A stretch of DNA of 42,571 nucleotides, from the sequence record DRR723986_13572. One strand, written 5' to 3'. A program made the translations under genes and the position numbers. How positions within the stretch are numbered: the first letter of the stretch is position 1; each line of letters opens with the position of its first letter. A model generated the notes under the pieces. That model was not told where the DNA came from and did no database searches. It saw only the letters and a list, made by a program, of their open reading frames with translations. Shown piece by piece: positions 27,463-36,900 of this stretch.

Positions 27463-27500
27463 AAAAAATCTCGCTGTATAACAACGAGATTATTTTATTT
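27461..27500. terminator. Bidirectional terminator between priA and the LytTR gene
   Basis: AATCTCGCTGT-ATA-ACAACGAGATT flanked by A- and T-tracts. Confidence 0.7.
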
Positions 27501-27541
27501 CAATGTGCATTGAGAATTCTGTTCAAATAAAAGTAATAGTA

Positions 27542-28237
27542 TTACATATTATTTAAAGCATCAACCAATTGTGTCTTTTTATTTCGACTTAATGGTATCT
27601 CATAAGCACCAACCTCAACATTTTTACTGTTAAATCGGTCAATTTTATCTAAGTTCACAATATAAGATTTGTGAATTCTTAAAAATTTACCTTCAGGTAA
27701 TTCTTGTTCAAAAGCTTTCATTGTAGATAATACAACAAGGCTGTTTTCTTCTGTCACGACTTTTACATAATCGCCTAAAGCTTCAATCCACTTAATATCT
27801 TTAATATAAACTTTACGTTTTTTCAGATTACTTTTAACAAAGATGTGTTCACCATCTGTTTCGTTAAAGTCTAATTTCAGTTTATGCTGCTCAATAGCTT
27901 TTTCTACGGCAGTATTAAAACGTTCTTTAGTAATTGGTTTTTGAAGATAGTCGGTAGCGTCGTAATTAAATGCTTTAAAAGCATATTCGGTTTTACCTGT
28001 AACAAAAATAATTTGGGGTTTGTTGTTGAGTACATCTAAAAGTTCAAAACCGTTTAATACTGGCATTTCTATATCTAAAAAGATAAGATCTACCTTATGA
28101 GTATTAAGACCGTTTTTTGTTTCTAACGCACTGCTGTACTCTGCAATAAGGTTAAGTGAAGAATGATTCTCAATTAACTTTACTATAGAGAGGCGCTGAA
28201 TCGCAGAATCATCAACAACTACACAGTTTAAAGTCAT
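27542..28237 (-). CDS. Orphan LytTR-family response regulator
   Basis: Receiver motifs VVDD, FLDIEMP, YLQKP; LytTR motif FLRIHKSYIVN; no adjacent kinase. Confidence 0.94.
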   Translation of the reverse strand: MTLNCVVVDDSAIQRLSIVKLIENHSSLNLIAEYSSALETKNGLNTHKVDLIFLDIEMPVLNGFELLDVLNNKPQIIFVTGKTEYAFKAFNYDATDYLQKPITKERFNTAVEKAIEQHKLKLDFNETDGEHIFVKSNLKKRKVYIKDIKWIEALGDYVKVVTEENSLVVLSTMKAFEQELPEGKFLRIHKSYIVNLDKIDRFNSKNVEVGAYEIPLSRNKKTQLVDALNNM

Positions 28238-28395
28238 AACATTTCTAATTTTAGGTTAAGATATCGACAATAGTACAAAAAATTCGGTTAAAAAACAAAA
28301 AATACCGATAAAGTGTGAATTTTAACATTTCCGACATCTCAAAATTATAGTGAAATTTTACCTTCAAAAACGTTGCCAGAATTAGAATTAATCCT

Positions 28396-28403
28396 TATTT
28401 TTG
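28396..28403 (+). promoter_or_regulatory. -7 element of rpsF-rpsR-rplI
   Basis: TATTTTTG with an upstream TTG at 28373-28375. Confidence 0.7.
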
Positions 28404-28435
28404 CAGCCGTTTTAACAATAAACAAACAATAAATT

Positions 28436-28774
28436 ATGAATCGATATGAAACTGTTTTCATCTTAAATCCCGTTTTATCTGAAGATCAGATAAAGGAGAC
28501 AGTAAAGAAATATGAGGATTACCTCGTTTCTAAAGGAGCTAAGATGATCGCCAAGGAAGATTGGGGCTTGAAAAAATTAGCTTACCCGATCCAGAACAAG
28601 AAAAGTGGTTTTTACCACTTATTTGATTACACAGTTGCTGGTGAAGCAATTGAGCAATTAGAAGTAGAGTTTAGACGTGATGAGCGTTTTATGCGTTACT
28701 TAACTGTAAAATTAGACAAGCACGCTGCTGCTTGGGCTGATAAGAGAAGAGATAGAAACAAACAAAAAGCGTAA
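28436..28774 (+). CDS. rpsF: 30S ribosomal protein bS6
   Basis: [19 protein letters not shown]. Confidence 0.98.
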   Translation: MNRYETVFILNPVLSEDQIKETVKKYEDYLVSKGAKMIAKEDWGLKKLAYPIQNKKSGFYHLFDYTVAGEAIEQLEVEFRRDERFMRYLTVKLDKHAAAWADKRRDRNKQKA

Positions 28775-28776
28775 TT

Positions 28777-29073
28777 ATGTCATCTATAGAACAACAAGCA
28801 AAAGGAAAGAAGGACGGCGAGATTAGATATCTTACGCCTTTAAATATTGAGACTACTAAAGCTAAGAAATACTGTCGCTTTAAAAAGTCTGGAATTAAGT
28901 ATGTGGATTATAAAGATTCAGATTTCTTAATGAGTTTTGTAAACGAACAAGGTAAATTATTACCAAGACGTTTAACAGGAACTTCTTTAAAGTACCAAAG
29001 AAAAGTATCTGTGGCTGTAAAAAGAGCTAGACATTTAGCCCTTATGCCATATGTTGCTGATTTATTAAAATAA
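28777..29073 (+). CDS. rpsR: 30S ribosomal protein bS18
   Basis: [28 protein letters not shown]. Confidence 0.98.
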   Translation: MSSIEQQAKGKKDGEIRYLTPLNIETTKAKKYCRFKKSGIKYVDYKDSDFLMSFVNEQGKLLPRRLTGTSLKYQRKVSVAVKRARHLALMPYVADLLK

Positions 29074-29085
29074 AATATCATAACA

Positions 29086-29538
29086 ATGGAACTTATATTA
29101 AAACAAGACGTTGAAAATTTAGGATTTAAAGACGATATTGTAACAGTAAAGAACGGTTATGGTAGAAACTTTTTAATTCCTCAAGGACAAGCTGTTATGG
29201 CAACTCCTTCTGCTAAGAAGGTATTAGCAGAAACTTTAAAGCAAAGAGCTTATAAAGAAAAATCAGTTATCGAAGCAGCTCAAAAAACTGCAGATGCTTT
29301 AGCTGAATTAGAAGTTAAAATTGCTTCTAAAGTAGGAACTGGCGATAAATTGTTTGGCTCTGTAAATAATATTGATTTATCAGATGCATTACAAAAAGCT
29401 GGTCACGAAGTTGATAAAAAGTATATCAATGTTATTGGTGGTAACGTTAAGAGATTAGGTAAATATGATGCAGTTATAAGATTGCATCGTGAAGTTACTG
29501 TTGACTTACCATTCGAAGTAGTGGCAGAAAAGAAATAA
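29086..29538 (+). CDS. rplI: 50S ribosomal protein bL9
   Basis: VKNGYGRNFLIPQG, KLFGSV. Confidence 0.98.
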   Translation: MELILKQDVENLGFKDDIVTVKNGYGRNFLIPQGQAVMATPSAKKVLAETLKQRAYKEKSVIEAAQKTADALAELEVKIASKVGTGDKLFGSVNNIDLSDALQKAGHEVDKKYINVIGGNVKRLGKYDAVIRLHREVTVDLPFEVVAEKK

Positions 29539-29556
29539 AATTTATTTTTATATCAC

Positions 29557-29590
29557 AAAAAACCGTTTAGTCATTCTAAGCGGTTTTTTT
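29557..29590 (+). terminator. Terminator of the r-protein operon
   Basis: AAAAAACCGTTTAG-TCATT-CTAAGCGGTTTTTTT. Confidence 0.85.
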
Positions 29591-29604
29591 ATTCATTATA
29601 AGTT

Positions 29605-30474
29605 ATGAAAAGATTATTAGTTTTAATTTTCGTTGTATCTCTATTAGGTTGTAAGGATTCGAAACCTCAAGTAATTACGGATTCTCAACCGCAATCTAAA
29701 TTATTTGAAGTTTTTAGAGCTTCAAAATCAAATTATCCTAATATAAGCGTTCATCGTGGTGGTAAAGGTTTAAAAAATTATCCTGAGAATTGCTTAGAGA
29801 CCTTACAATATGTTAGTGATAGTATCTCTGCGATATATGAAATTGATGTTGCGCAGACAAAGGATGGTAAACTCATTTTAATGCACGATAATTCTATAGA
29901 TAGAACTACAAATGGAAGTGGTGCTGTAAAAAACTTAACTTATAGTGAATTAAAGACATATAATTTACGAGATGACTATGGTAACGAGACGTCATTTAAG
30001 ATTCCTCTTTTTTCGGAAATGTTAGGTTGGTGCAAGGCTAATAATATTATCCTTACAGTAGATATAAAAAGAGGTGTTTCTCAAAAGCAAGTTATAAAGG
30101 CAATAGACCAAGCTAATGCCAATGATAATTGTATAATAATTACCTATGACGTTGCACAAGCGCAATCAGCTTACAACCTTGCGCCAGACTTAATGCTCTC
30201 TGTGTCTGCAAGAAATCACAAAGAACTAGATCGTTTACTAGAAACAGAAATACCTACTAAAAATATGATTGCTTTTACAGGAACACGATTGTCTAACGTA
30301 AGTTTATATAAGCGTTTACATGATGAAAATGTGCTTTGCATACTTGGAACATTGGGTAACCTAGATAAACAAGCAGAAGCTAGAGGAGACCAAATGTATC
30401 AACGTTGGAAAAATTTTGGTTTAGATATTTTGGCTACTGATAGGCCATTTGAAGCTTTTAATGCAATAAATTAA
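29605..30474 (+). CDS. Glycerophosphodiester phosphodiesterase lipoprotein
   Basis: Lipobox LLGC; HRGG, PEN, EIDV, LMHDNSIDRTT, TDRP. Confidence 0.9.
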   Translation: MKRLLVLIFVVSLLGCKDSKPQVITDSQPQSKLFEVFRASKSNYPNISVHRGGKGLKNYPENCLETLQYVSDSISAIYEIDVAQTKDGKLILMHDNSIDRTTNGSGAVKNLTYSELKTYNLRDDYGNETSFKIPLFSEMLGWCKANNIILTVDIKRGVSQKQVIKAIDQANANDNCIIITYDVAQAQSAYNLAPDLMLSVSARNHKELDRLLETEIPTKNMIAFTGTRLSNVSLYKRLHDENVLCILGTLGNLDKQAEARGDQMYQRWKNFGLDILATDRPFEAFNAIN

Positions 30475-30485
30475 TTGTAAATCTC

Positions 30486-30959
30486 ATGAAGTACACAAGA
30501 TTAACAAAAGAACAATTTGAAGAATTACATCAGGAATTTATTAATTTCCTGGCAACACAATCTATAACTGCAGATGAATGGGAGGATATTAAAAAGAATA
30601 AGCCTGAAGCCGCTGAGCAGGAGTTAGACGTTTTTAGTGATTTAGTATGGTATGGTGTTCTGAGAAAAGTGGAATATTTAGAACATATATCTCCAAACCA
30701 AATACATTTGTTTAAGTGTAGAGAAAAGAACATGCATTTAATTGCTCTAAAATTGAAGCATAATAATATAGATTTAACATCAAAAGAAGGATTTCAGTGG
30801 TTAAGAGATAATTTATTATCTGATGATATTGAATTTTTTAATGCTAAAAAAGACTATTCAGACGATAAGTACTTAGATATTTTTAACCTTATTCAACAAG
30901 GTGCTAATATCACAAAAGGCGAATTGTTTCAATATTTTGAGAAGCTAATTAAGCAATAA
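30486..30959 (+). CDS. Conserved Bacteroidota hypothetical protein (DUF6495-like)
   Basis: MKYTRLTKEQFEELHQEFINFLATQSITADEW N-terminus. Confidence 0.75.
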   Translation: MKYTRLTKEQFEELHQEFINFLATQSITADEWEDIKKNKPEAAEQELDVFSDLVWYGVLRKVEYLEHISPNQIHLFKCREKNMHLIALKLKHNNIDLTSKEGFQWLRDNLLSDDIEFFNAKKDYSDDKYLDIFNLIQQGANITKGELFQYFEKLIKQ

Positions 30960-30960
30960 T

Positions 30961-31140
30961 CTAGCGGAATTTATTAAAGTCTTGAAATTCTTTGTGGCGT
31001 TTTTTAAGGCGCTTTACAGGGTTTCTGTTATCTCTTATTTTATCTCTCAGTGTAACTTCAGGCGGTTGATAAGGCTTGTCTACCTCATCTAGGAAAATAT
31101 TTCTAATGTATTTAATTATACGGTTCAAAAAGGTTTTCAT
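30961..31140 (-). CDS. Small basic protein (59 aa), not in the ORF track
   Basis: MKTFLNRIIKYIRNIFLDEVDKPYQPPEVTLRDKIRDNRNPVKRLKKRHKEFQDFNKFR*; starts 2 nt after the permease stop and fills the intergenic gap. Confidence 0.6.
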   Translation of the reverse strand: MKTFLNRIIKYIRNIFLDEVDKPYQPPEVTLRDKIRDNRNPVKRLKKRHKEFQDFNKFR

Positions 31141-31142
31141 CC

Positions 31143-32384
31143 TTACTCATAGCGTAGTGACTCTATAGGATCTAATTTAGCGGCCTTGGTTGCAGGATAC
31201 AATCCTGAAATAACAGCAACAAAAAATGCAATACTTGTTGCCCAAATCATGGCAACCCAAGGTGTGGAAAATTCTAGTTTAAATCCTTTAGAAACTCCCC
31301 AGCCAATTAAAATTCCTAGAATAATACCAAGTATACCACCAAGTTGCCCTATAATTACCGTTTCTATAAAGAATTGAAATGCAATTGTTCTGCGTTTTGC
31401 ACCCAATGCTTTTCTTACACCAATTTCTCGTGTACGCTCTGTAACCGAAACGAGCATTATATTCATTAAGGCAATTGTAGAACCGAAAATGGTTATTATA
31501 CTAATAATCCACGCTGCCGTATATAAGACACCAGAGATGTTAGCAATTCTATTAATAAGATCATCACTACGTTCTATACCAAAGTTGTTGTCTTCAATTG
31601 GATTAAGACCTCGTATATTTCTAAAAGTTAAAATAGCATCATCTTGTGCGCCTTGTAACATATCTTTCTTGTCTACTTTAACGCTTAGTGTATAGTTTAT
31701 ATTAGGATTAGTAAAGATTGAGCGCGCTTTTTGTATAGGCATTATAACTCTTAAATCTTGATTATTACCAAACGTGGCACCTTTTTCCTTTAAAACTCCA
31801 ATCACTTTAAATTTAGATCCTCTAACACTAATCGTTTTATCTATTGGGTTTTCTTCAGGAAATAACGCTTTCTGAAGATCGCTACCAATTACACATACAG
31901 CATTACTGTTTTTAACATCAAATACGTTAAGCGAACGACCGTTCTCTATTTCTAAACCAGAATTTTCAATCCAGTACTCATTAGAACCTATGACTGCTAC
32001 TTCTGGGTCTGTCTTTTTATTATCATATTTAACTTCTGCGGAAAATGTACCAAAGAAGGAAACTGCTACCTTAGTAAAAGGGAAGTCGTAGTTTTCTTCA
32101 AACTCTTTTACATTTCTATAGTTAATTACGGGATTTATTTTTTGACGTTCTCTACTACTTTGGCGTTGCGCCGTAAACTCATAACGCTGAAAATTAAACG
32201 TATTAGCGCCCATAGAAGAGAAATCACTAGAAATGGTATTCTCTAAAGCAGAAACACCACTTAAAATACCAACAAGTGCCATAATACCAATGGCAATAAT
32301 TAATACCGTTAAAATCGTTCTCAGCAATTGGCTTCTAATTGAACCTAACGCAATTTTAATATTCTCTCTAGCTAATGAAAACAT
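31143..32384 (-). CDS. MacB/FtsX-like ABC transporter permease
   Basis: LRTILTVLII, MNIMLVSVTERTREIGVRKALGA, YPATKAAKLDPIESLRYE. Confidence 0.93.
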   Translation of the reverse strand: MFSLARENIKIALGSIRSQLLRTILTVLIIAIGIMALVGILSGVSALENTISSDFSSMGANTFNFQRYEFTAQRQSSRERQKINPVINYRNVKEFEENYDFPFTKVAVSFFGTFSAEVKYDNKKTDPEVAVIGSNEYWIENSGLEIENGRSLNVFDVKNSNAVCVIGSDLQKALFPEENPIDKTISVRGSKFKVIGVLKEKGATFGNNQDLRVIMPIQKARSIFTNPNINYTLSVKVDKKDMLQGAQDDAILTFRNIRGLNPIEDNNFGIERSDDLINRIANISGVLYTAAWIISIITIFGSTIALMNIMLVSVTERTREIGVRKALGAKRRTIAFQFFIETVIIGQLGGILGIILGILIGWGVSKGFKLEFSTPWVAMIWATSIAFFVAVISGLYPATKAAKLDPIESLRYE

Positions 32385-32422
32385 AGTGTAATTATATGTG
32401 AGTTGGCATGTCTAAACAATAA

Positions 32423-32447
32423 GACTACTTAAACAGTATAAAGTTAC
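32423..32447 (-). promoter_or_regulatory. Putative ECF promoter of the ABC permease gene
   Basis: GTAAC-N16-AGTC on the minus strand, 38 nt upstream of the ATG. Confidence 0.45.
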
Positions 32448-32515
32448 TATAAAATCCAAATATCTTAGGTTTGCCTTTAAAAATTATAATATTTTTGTGA
32501 AAATTAAACAGAGAA

Positions 32516-33898
32516 ATGGCTCAGAAACCGAGTATACCTAAAGGCACAAGAGATTTTAATGCAGAAGAGGTCGCTAAGCGTTCCTATATAATGGATACAA
32601 TTAAAGATCAATTTAAACTATATGGGTTTCAGCCTATTGAAACTCCAAGTTTTGAAAACTCAGAGACTTTAATGGGTAAGTACGGCGATGAAGGCGATCG
32701 TTTAATTTTTAAGATTCTGAACTCAGGAGAATATTTAAAAAAAGTTTCTGATGAAGAGCTAGATTTAAAATCTGAAGGTGTAATAACACCAAAAATTTCC
32801 GAAAAAGCACTTCGATATGACTTGACTGTGCCCTTTGCACGTTATGTTGTACAGCATCAAAATGAAATAGAATTCCCTTTTAAACGCTATCAAATTCAAC
32901 CAGTTTGGAGAGCAGATAGGCCACAGAAAGGACGTTTTAGAGAGTTTTATCAGTGCGATGCAGATGTAGTAGGTTCAAAATCCTTATTGCAAGAAGTAGA
33001 GTTTGTACAACTGTATGATGCCGTATTTACAGCTTTAAAATTAAGTGGAGTTACCATTAAGATTAATAACCGAAAAGTATTATCTGGTATAGCAGAAGTT
33101 ATTGGTGCTCAAGATAAACTCATCGATTTTACAGTTGCTTTAGATAAACTTGATAAGATAGGTGAGGAGAAGGTAAAAGAAGAAATGAGAAGTAAAGGTA
33201 TTTCAGAAGATGGAATAACGAAACTTCAACCATTGTTTTCCTTATCTGGAGACTTTAGCAATCAAATATCTAGTTTAAAAACAATTTTAAGTACATCTGA
33301 AATTGGCGCAGCAGGAATTGAGGAACTTGAGTTTATAAATTCAACTATTTCAAGTTTAGGTTTAAAAACAGCCAAGCTTCAATTGGATGTAACACTAGCT
33401 AGAGGACTTAATTATTATACTGGTGCCATATTTGAAGTTTCCGCTCCAGAAGGTGTGAAAATGGGCTCTATAGGTGGAGGCGGTCGTTATGATGACTTAA
33501 CCAGTATTTTTGGTAAGCCAGATACAAGTGGAGTGGGTATTAGCTTTGGTTTAGATCGTATCTATTTGGTCTTAGAAGAATTAAATTTATTTCCCGAGGC
33601 TATTAAAGAGACGACGAAGGTTTTATTTATAAGTTTTGGTGAACAGGAAGCGATGATGTCCTTACATGCTGTATCGAAGTTGAGAGAGTCTGGCGTAAAA
33701 GCAGAAATATATCCAGATGCCGTTACTTCAGGGAAGCAAATGAAAAAGCAGATGAATTATGCGAACAAAAGGCATATACCTTTTGTTGTTTTAGTAGGCG
33801 AGGAGGAACTAAAAAATGAGTCCTACGCACTAAAAAACATGGAGACAGGTAAACAAAATAGCGTTTCCTTATCTGATTTAATTAATACCTTAGCATAA
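32516..33898 (+). CDS. hisS: Histidine--tRNA ligase
   Basis: [45 protein letters not shown]; -7 element TATTTTTG at 32490-32497. Confidence 0.98.
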   Translation: MAQKPSIPKGTRDFNAEEVAKRSYIMDTIKDQFKLYGFQPIETPSFENSETLMGKYGDEGDRLIFKILNSGEYLKKVSDEELDLKSEGVITPKISEKALRYDLTVPFARYVVQHQNEIEFPFKRYQIQPVWRADRPQKGRFREFYQCDADVVGSKSLLQEVEFVQLYDAVFTALKLSGVTIKINNRKVLSGIAEVIGAQDKLIDFTVALDKLDKIGEEKVKEEMRSKGISEDGITKLQPLFSLSGDFSNQISSLKTILSTSEIGAAGIEELEFINSTISSLGLKTAKLQLDVTLARGLNYYTGAIFEVSAPEGVKMGSIGGGGRYDDLTSIFGKPDTSGVGISFGLDRIYLVLEELNLFPEAIKETTKVLFISFGEQEAMMSLHAVSKLRESGVKAEIYPDAVTSGKQMKKQMNYANKRHIPFVVLVGEEELKNESYALKNMETGKQNSVSLSDLINTLA

Positions 33899-33923
33899 AT
33901 TAAGGAATAAGTTTTATTAAATG

Positions 33924-33953
33924 AAAAAACCCTGACATACATCAGGGCTCTTT
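33924..33953 (-). terminator. Terminator of the T9SS giant-protein gene (possibly bidirectional)
   Basis: CCCTGA-CATACA-TCAGGG preceded by A6 (U-tract on the minus strand). Confidence 0.75.
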
Positions 33954-33984
33954 CTTGGTTAAGATTTAAGATTTGGGGCAAAAA

Positions 33985-36900
33985 TTATTTTACTAAAACT
34001 TTTTTAGTTGATACTGAACCGCTTACAGTAAATAACTTAATAATATAAGTTCCAGTACTTAAATTCTTAACGTCATATTCAGAATAACCACTACCTGAAA
34101 TATTTTCTATTTTGTGTACCGATTGACCAAGTATATTAAATAGCTCAATCGATTGTATTTCAATTTGATTTGGATTTAGTAACACAATCTTTTCAATATC
34201 ATTTGAATATAAGACATCTAAACTGTTATTGTTCTCTTCATCAATACCTAATGCATCATCATTTGTACCGAAAGTAATCTTAAATCGGTTTAAATATTCA
34301 CCAGTATTTAAGAATAACTGATAATCACTATCTCTTAAATTATGATACAGGTCTAGTTCTATATCGTGTACATAAATGTTTATGTCACTTGGTACATTTT
34401 CTAATGCATCTATTGTAATAGAATTTAACCCATCTTCATGAACTTTAATTCCTAATGGATAAACAGCTGATGTACTATTATCATTACTCGCTTGAATAAC
34501 ATACTTATCATTGTCTATCATCCAGAACATATCGTCAGTTTGGTCATCATTTAACTTAGCGTCATAAGCCCAATCAACATCATATGTTGTATTGTCATCA
34601 ATAGTTAATAAGAGTTGTCTATGCAATTTCATGTTATAACCAGCATCAAATCCAATTCTAAACTTCATTCTCGTGTCAGAAGCATTTGTATCATAATTAG
34701 TCTGCGTTGTATTCTCACCACTATTTCTTAAGAAAACAGAACCAGTGCCACCTTCTTTTGCGAAGACTCGTTGATCATTTTCAAAATTAATAGTTCCAGC
34801 ATTGATACCAGTAACAAAGAATCCTTGCGATACAGGTATATATTGTCCTGGAGTTTTTGTTCCAACTCCAACTTGTGCAACATCAGGGTCTGGTGCAGGT
34901 GCTGGTACACCACCAGAAAGGTTGTATAACGCATATCCACCTTGATATTCCTTTAATATATGTGAATCTCCTCCCCAATATTCCCAGAAGTATAAGGTAC
35001 CAGAAGTATCTGTATTATCTAAGATAAATTCGTTGGCATTTATTGCTGATGCGTAAGGGTTACCAACTAGATAATCATTACCATTATTAATAGTTAGTGA
35101 AATATCTCCATTATTTGGTTTTCCTAAGAAAACATAATTTTGATCTGTTAATATAGTGCCTGTTCCAGGTCCTTTCATAGTAAATCCTTCACCAGCTAAT
35201 ATTGTTCCTGTACGTCTAACATGTTGCCATGCAGAATAATCATCATTTGTTAAGTTTGCAAATTTCCATATCCAGTAATCTGCAATACCAACAGGGCTAG
35301 TTGCCGTACCATCATAACCTGAGTTTAAGAAATTTACTGAATCAGTACCATCATACATAACATCTTGCACTGCGTATTGGTAATCATTAGTGGCAATATC
35401 TGTTTCTCCAACAGGAGCTGACCAATAATTATAAGTAAACGTATCTGCTGTACCTTGCTGATCTTTTTCTAATTCACCATTAACGGCAACGATTAAGTCA
35501 CTATCATTTTCTTGAATTAACTGAGATTCTCCCTCAAGATCAATTTTACCCGTTAAATTAAGGTGATGAGATACGGTAAGACCATAGCCTGTATTTGTCG
35601 CAGTATTACCATTTACTGTTAATTCGTTGGCATCAACATATAATCCAAGGACTTTTCTGTTATCTTGATTACCAGCAGGTAAACTAGAGTTGTCCATAGA
35701 AACATTATGAGATGTACTCACAATATTCCAATCGACTGTTATTGTAGGATCAACAATAGAAGCTGTACCTGGCATATATTGTATATTGCCATTTGTCCAA
35801 GTTGCACTTGTATCCCAATCACCATTTTGAGCAGAATGGTATGGAAGTGGCGCAGTCTGTCTGTCAACTGTATTTAAATTTCTTAAAGCACCTTGAATAC
35901 CATTTCCAGAAGCGTCAGATGTATTTGTATAGGTGTAAGCCGACATTGGATAATATGCTGCAAGCTCATTCCAAGTCACCGCATTAATATCATTTTTAGT
36001 AATTGTAGTTGTTAATACACTACCCATTACTTGGGTGCCATTAGCTTCAATTTCTTGATTCATTACAAAGCGCAATTGATCTTCAGTAAGCATGGTATTC
36101 CAAACACGTACTTCATCAATATTCCCTCTAAAATGTTGCACTGGTGTGTTTTTACCAGCTGCAGCTATATAAAATGATTCGTCAGTATCTACTGGAGGTG
36201 TTCGTAATTGGTTTCTAGCTTCAACACCATCGATATATAAATACACTGTAGTACCATCATAAGTGACAGCAACATGATGCCACTCATCATCTGGAATAGT
36301 AGCTAGCGAAGTAATTTGTTGATCAGAACCATTTTTCCATATCATTTGTAAAGCGTTATTATCTAAGATTCTAAAATCATAGCCTCTTGTAAATGCTGCA
36401 TCTCTTTTAGATACTATAGATTTTGTTCCGCTATCTGTAGCATCTCTTTTAATCCAAGCCGAAATTGTGAATCTTGCAGTATTTAAATTAAGATTATCCT
36501 CCATGTCAATATAATCAAAAGCTCCGTCAAAATACACAGAACGCTCTACAATAACCTCTGGGGCATAACCAAAGGTGATATATTTAGTACCGTCAAAATC
36601 GTATTCTGTCTCCAGATTGCCAGAGCCATCTGGTGTCATTATTCTATAATCTGTTGTAGGATCGAAAATACCTGTATTAGAAATAAACATTAAATAACTA
36701 CCTGGTGGTGTAATGTTTCTTATTGCATCCTGTGGGATTCTAACCTTTACCTCAGAAATATCTCCACCACTTTCAACAACTTTCCATATGCGTTGCATAG
36801 CTGTAAATGTTACGTCTGTAGTTAGGGCAGGAGCAATACCAGCACTCATGTTTACTGTTACTGTTATAGCAGCTGAATTAAGGTCTATGCCATTATTTCC

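Noticed and set aside
28404..28435. S6:S18 ribosomal protein leader RNA
   Set aside because: The predicted leader is only about 28 nt and A-rich, with no convincing stem.
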